NCBI GenBank assembly: GCA_021776245.1
Contig: JAJFGF010000037.1
Location: forward strand, 8,945 to 72,944
Direction: 5' to 3'
From: Hyphococcus sp.
GTDB lineage: Bacteria > Pseudomonadota > Alphaproteobacteria > Caulobacterales > Parvularculaceae
Length of the DNA: 64,000 bases
The position numbers and the translations under genes were made by a program. Position 1 is the stretch's first letter. Every line of letters starts with the position of its first letter. Below are positions 60,100 through 64,000 of this stretch, piece after piece. Under the pieces are notes generated by a model. The model had not been told where the DNA came from, did no database searches, and saw nothing but the letters and a program-made list of their open reading frames with translations.

Positions 60100-60789
60100 T
60101 TATGCAGCGATTGCCGGATTTGTGATCGCCGCCCGGATGCGGTTAATCGCTGGTTGCTCCCCCCAATTCACGCGTGATGAAAGATACGGTTCCGATCGGG
60201 TCATATGAAAAGCATCCCGGAGATTTTGCAGCCCATCTGGGGTCATCGCGGACTGCGCCGCAATATAGGTGGCGTCGTCTTCTTCAAAATAACACGGCGC
60301 CCCCAATGGCCTTGTTTCCCAGAATTTTATGGTGCGCGCATAGCTGTTCATATATCCCAGAAACGTCAGATGAGTGATTCCTGCCTGTAGGCAGAATTTA
60401 TTGATAGCTGAAGGAATTCTGGCTCTAACCGCCGCCTGGTCTTCTTTCGACATGGCGCGATGGTCTACGATATAACGGGAAAATTCATAAACTGATGCGG
60501 ATCGCGGCAGTTTTTCGCTCACGCACCGGTCAGCGAAGACGTCGCTGAGCAAATGGGCGCGCGTGGTCGGATTTAGCCTTCCGCAGGCAAGGGCGCGGGT
60601 TTCTGAGGCGTCGAGGCAAATGAAGTATATGGTGTCGTCCGTATCAAAATCATCCTTGTCATAACCCGGCTTGATGCCGGGAATGTTCCAGCCCCATTGC
60701 TCGACCGCCACACGGTATCGCATTTTATACATATCATCGAGGACGTCCTCATAAAGACGGGCGTTTTCTCTTGTGATAATTTCCACCAT
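60100..60789 (-). CDS. luxI: LuxI-family acyl-homoserine-lactone synthase
   Basis: 229-aa ORF with MYKMRYRVAVEQWGWNIP, DKDDFD, the ACGRLNPTTRAHLLSDVF region and YEFSRYIV. A strong SD (GGAGGAAAAACG) precedes the ATG. Confidence 0.9.
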   Translation of the reverse strand: MVEIITRENARLYEDVLDDMYKMRYRVAVEQWGWNIPGIKPGYDKDDFDTDDTIYFICLDASETRALACGRLNPTTRAHLLSDVFADRCVSEKLPRSASVYEFSRYIVDHRAMSKEDQAAVRARIPSAINKFCLQAGITHLTFLGYMNSYARTIKFWETRPLGAPCYFEEDDATYIAAQSAMTPDGLQNLRDAFHMTRSEPYLSSRVNWGEQPAINRIRAAITNPAIAA

Positions 60790-60989
60790 CGTTTTTCCTC
60801 CTTCAGCTCCCCGCGCAATTCCGGAAAAGCGTGACGCGGTTTTCCGATAAGAAATGCGCTTAAGTATGAATCTGGGACGTTTCCGGACAATGAAACGGGA
60901 ACCATTTTATCCTGGAAACGCCCTGGCCCGGCGCTCTCCTCGCCTATCGAACGGTGATCAATGTGGATGGCTGTTATGGAATTGTGATC

Positions 60990-61005
60990 CCCTACATTTG
61001 TAGGG
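60990..61005. promoter_or_regulatory. lux-box-like palindrome between luxI and the orphan gene
   Basis: CCCTACA TT TGTAGGG (perfect 7-bp arms). It lies 70 nt upstream of the ATG at 61075 and 201 nt upstream of the luxI ATG. Confidence 0.4.
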
Positions 61006-61074
61006 ATTGTGGTTTGGGTAATTTCAATTTCAACTTGACGCCGGTTCAGGACAGATCTTCATTGCGAGGAAATC

Positions 61075-61779
61075 ATGCAGTTAGCTTTAGCCATCAGCCA
61101 AATCGACCCGCAACATAATGACCTTTTGTCGTCGAATGACGGCCGCGTAACGGCGCTAATCGACGCTTCGCGCGTTTGCGAATTTGATTCAGCGGCGCTT
61201 GACATCGCGCTGGCGGAATATGAAGCGGGCGACTTTCAGTTCCGCCGCCAATTTGAAGACAATTCATCGCAGAACCTGTCATTTAATGTGATGCCAAGCC
61301 GACACGTCAATGAAAGTCTTACGCCGAACCAATACAGCGTCGGCAGGCGGATCGCCCGCGTTGTCTTCAATCGCGATTATGAAACAGAAATGGAGAAAAG
61401 CCCGTCACATATGGTGTTTCTTTCAGCATTGGTGCAATGGCAGAAGCTGATTTATCTGGTGATGTGCGAAGAGCATGAAATTGTTTACAATCCCAATGGC
61501 AAAGAAATTTTCAAGATATGGCCAACGGATGTGCGCTGTTGCCTGCCCGTATTGGTGACCGATGAAGAAAGCCTGCATCAGGACACTGTGATTTTTAAGC
61601 ATGAAAGCGTCGCCAAAAACAAATGGCATATCGAGGCGTTTTCCACCGTCAATTCCCGCTTGGGATTTTTGGCGCGCGCCTCTGTATATAAAATTGCGTC
61701 GGACAGCGCAGACCAAAGCCGGCCGCGCAGACCGCGTCAATCAGAGGCGGCACGACGCTGGAACGACGCCAGCGGTTGA
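61075..61779 (+). CDS. orphan 234-aa protein; the C-terminal half is possibly hotdog-fold
   Basis: Clean ORF divergent from luxI. The segment SPSHMVFLSALVQWQKLIYL followed by beta-strand-like stretches recalls the His-plus-central-helix arrangement of FabZ/AfsA-type hotdog domains. This is a weak call made by eye. Confidence 0.5.
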   Translation: MQLALAISQIDPQHNDLLSSNDGRVTALIDASRVCEFDSAALDIALAEYEAGDFQFRRQFEDNSSQNLSFNVMPSRHVNESLTPNQYSVGRRIARVVFNRDYETEMEKSPSHMVFLSALVQWQKLIYLVMCEEHEIVYNPNGKEIFKIWPTDVRCCLPVLVTDEESLHQDTVIFKHESVAKNKWHIEAFSTVNSRLGFLARASVYKIASDSADQSRPRRPRQSEAARRWNDASG

Positions 61780-61846
61780 AGGCGAATGTTTCAGCCGCTG
61801 AAATGCTCTTAGCGCTCGGAGCGCGCAAATATTCAACAACCAGAGA

Positions 61847-61881
61847 CCGTAGTAAAATGCACGATTTGCATTTTACTACGG
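61847..61881. terminator. perfect 15-bp stem / 5-nt loop hairpin between the convergent orphan gene and mucR
   Basis: CCGTAGTAAAATGCA CGATT TGCATTTTACTACGG. There is no flanking U or A tract. Confidence 0.45.
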
Positions 61882-61924
61882 AACTTGCCTGTGAGAGGTC
61901 TTTCCGAGTCGGCGCCAGTAAATT

Positions 61925-62416
61925 CTAGGCGACGCGTCGTTTTCCGGAAGTGCGTTTTTTGGTCCGTGTTTTCTTTTTGCCGGCCGTTGTGCCGAGGCCA
62001 ATTTTCTTTGCCAGCTGTGACCGGCGCTTGGCGTAATTCGGCGCCACCAGGGGATAATCCGCAGGCAGCCCCCATTTGCGGCGATAATCTTCCGGCGACA
62101 AATCATAATGCGTGCGCAAATAGCGCTTAAGCATTTTCAGTTTCTGACCGTCTTCCAGACATATAATATAGTCAGGCGTGATCGATTTACTGATCGCGAC
62201 CGCGGGTTCGCGATTTCCGCCATAAGCCGGATCTCCGCCAGCGAGGCCCGCGACAGCGGCATGGACCGTCTGCAACAGGTCAGGCAGTTCACCTGCCTTT
62301 AGCGTATTATTGGCAACATAGGCGGCGACAATGTCGCTGGCCAAGTGAATTGTATCGATCTGCTCAATCGAGCTTGGTTTTGATGTCATGAATTGGTACC
62401 TTGTGACCTCCCCCAC
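61925..62416 (-). CDS. mucR: MucR/Ros family zinc-finger transcriptional regulator
   Basis: ITPDYIICLEDGQKLKMLKRYLRTHYDLSPEDYRRKWGLPADYPLVAPNYAKRRSQLAKKIGLG. The likely true start is MTSKPSS at 62389. Confidence 0.9.
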   Translation of the reverse strand: MGEVTRYQFMTSKPSSIEQIDTIHLASDIVAAYVANNTLKAGELPDLLQTVHAAVAGLAGGDPAYGGNREPAVAISKSITPDYIICLEDGQKLKMLKRYLRTHYDLSPEDYRRKWGLPADYPLVAPNYAKRRSQLAKKIGLGTTAGKKKTRTKKRTSGKRRVA

Positions 62417-62502
62417 TTGTCCTTGTTCTTATACATACAATGTTCACATTGTGTAGTGGTTTAACCAGCAGCGTCGACGGCCAGCTAAATATTTGATTGA
62501 AA

Positions 62503-63102
62503 TCAGTTATTTAGAGGAAATGCGGGAAGTCGTTGGGACGGGAAATACTGCACAGCGCGAATCACGGGCGCTTCCGAAATAAAATAATTGAGTGGCTGCC
62601 AATAAATGGCCGTTGAAAACGCCTTCTTGCACCATGCGCATGAAGGCGTTGCGCTTAGCGGATAGTCTTTTAATATCAATGGGTTAAAAACTTTGTCCTT
62701 AGATGAGATACCGACAAAAATACCGCCGCTGCAAAATGCAGAGGCGGCCTGGGTGCTGGCAAACGACCTCAAATCAAGACGTATGCGCCGCCCGGACCAT
62801 CCTATTCTTAAACGGCGCTCAGAATGAAACCGGATATCATGAAGCTAGATATCTCCCGGCGTCCGGGGAATGCGCCGCTGGGCGCAAAACCTGACCTTCA
62901 GCTGCCGCTCTTTTACAACGCGCCAAACTGTTGCGGCAAAACGCTGGAGCGAAGCAATCTTGAAATTCACTGGGCCCTGGCCAAACCATGTTTCAATATC
63001 AGCGGCGATCCGGGCATTGGCTCTCGTATGATCGATGTCCCCGGCAATGTTCACGAGCCTAACGCGCTGTTGGTGACGCGCGACCATCCATATTGGATCC
63101 AT
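62503..63102 (-). pseudogene. 200-codon reading frame interrupted by a single in-frame TAG (family unknown)
   Basis: Track ORFs 62845..63102 and 62503..62772 are in the same frame (the offset between their starts is 330 nt). Hand translation shows the 24 codons between them are open. The only interruption is a TAG, whose complement CTA sits at 62845-62847. Confidence 0.35.
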
Positions 63103-63327
63103 CTCTGAGCGTATATTCTTGTCTGGCTATCCGCAAAATGAAATATTTGAGGTCGCGTTTATATATTCTTTGATCGTCCATGCGAGATTTATGCTCTCGT
63201 GATACTTGAGCGGACTCCTTGAACGAGGCGCTGAAAGACTGCTCAGTCTTTGGTTGATCCTGCCCAAAAGTTGCCGAAAATCTGGCCGCTCAAGCGATGG
63301 CGTTAGAAATCGCATCACGCTAGACTC

Positions 63328-64000
63328 ATGCTTATGCGAACCGATATTGATCATTTGCCGCTTGCCAAACAACGCGAACTCGCCCGCGTCGTGGAGATTT
63401 TGCACGCCGAGTTTGCTGACGCAACGAACCTCGCCAGCTCGAAATGGAAGAAAGAGGGGCGCATCCTCAAAATTATCCTGTTCGGGTCCTACGCGCGGGG
63501 CGGCTGGGTCGACGAGCCGCATACCGCAAAAGGCTATCTCAGCGATTACGACCTCCTGATCGTCGTCAATTATGAGCGTGTCGTTGAGTTTTCGGAATAT
63601 TGGTACAAGGCCGAAGATCGGCTGATGCGGGAGCCGGCGATCAAGACGCCGGTCAATTTCATCGTGCATACGCTGGCGGATGTGAACGACAAGCTCAAAA
63701 AAGGCCAGTATTTCTTCTCGGAGATCGTCAAGGACGGGATCGCGCTTTATAACTTGAAAGGCGAAAAGCCATTTGCGACGCCGCTGCCCCTGAGCTCCAG
63801 GGACGCGCTGGAGATTGCGCGAAACTATTACGACCAATGGATGCCGACCGTCCAAAATTACAGCGTACTGGCTGAGGATGCACTGAACCGCGGTATGAGA
63901 AACGAGCGGGCGTTCCTGCTCCATCAGTCAGTTGAGCGGGCCTATACCGGTTTGCTTCTTGTGCTGACCAGTTACAGCCCATCTACGCATAATGTGAAAT
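63328..64000 (+). CDS. nucleotidyltransferase (MNT-like) - HEPN fusion protein; 3' end runs off the window
   Basis: Hand translation from the ATG at 63328 gives MLMRTDIDHLPLAKQRELARVVEIL ... ILFGSYARGGWVDE ... SDYDLLIVV (GS-x-x-RG and D-x-D NTase motifs), then ... RNERAFLLHQSVERAY (R-x4-H HEPN motif). No stop occurs before 64000. It is absent from the ORF track, which lists only the antisense ORF 63127..63924. Confidence 0.8.
   Translation, partial: MLMRTDIDHLPLAKQRELARVVEILHAEFADATNLASSKWKKEGRILKIILFGSYARGGWVDEPHTAKGYLSDYDLLIVVNYERVVEFSEYWYKAEDRLMREPAIKTPVNFIVHTLADVNDKLKKGQYFFSEIVKDGIALYNLKGEKPFATPLPLSSRDALEIARNYYDQWMPTVQNYSVLAEDALNRGMRNERAFLLHQSVERAYTGLLLVLTSYSPSTHNVK

Noticed and set aside
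63127-63924. 265-aa minus-strand ORF in the track
   Set aside because: It is antisense to the NTase-HEPN frame, which has clear catalytic motifs. The minus-strand translation has no recognisable features.
1-64000. CRISPR arrays, transposases, integrases or prophage blocks
   Set aside because: No regularly spaced direct repeats are visible, and no ORF has integrase, transposase, reverse transcriptase or Cas hallmarks. The only mobile-element trace is the VirE-like fragment at 31105-31452.

Overview
The window is a mostly syntenic chromosomal segment from an alphaproteobacterium. The assignment rests on ChpT, MucR/Ros, the lptCAB-rpoN-hpf-ptsN block, the DUF1285-nudL-cca block and the MoxR/DUF58/DUF4159 cluster. 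Coordinates 1 to about 58,600 are dense housekeeping genes: aroQ-accB, thiSG, clpB, ydbH-ynbE-ydbL, chpT, uppP, LPS transport with sigma-54, tag, ygfZ, pyrC, tyrosine catabolism (maiA, hppD), queCED, sppA, cca, an acyl-CoA ligase, and a GAF-kinase/NarL pair next to an RND pump. I found no rRNA, tRNA, CRISPR array, transposase or integrase. From about 58.65 kb to the end the sequence looks more AT-rich by eye and accessory. That tail holds a convergent LuxR/LuxI quorum-sensing pair and an orphan 234-aa protein behind a lux-box-like palindrome. It also holds a MucR/Ros regulator, a 200-codon ORF broken by one in-frame TAG, and a nucleotidyltransferase-HEPN fusion that runs off the window. The best candidate for something undescribed is the orphan gene next to luxI, followed by the NTase-HEPN gene at the window edge. 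Other points worth a second look are a BLUF photoreceptor ORF that reads 552 nt antisense into pyrC, a 755-bp gene-poor convergent gap with tandem terminators, two interleaved perfect 10-nt complementary pairs upstream of uppP, and a perfect 22-bp palindrome upstream of hppD. Two real genes are missing from the ORF track because they have no stop in the window: accB (1-468, minus) and the NTase-HEPN gene (63328-64000, plus). All family assignments come from reading the translations; no database search was run.
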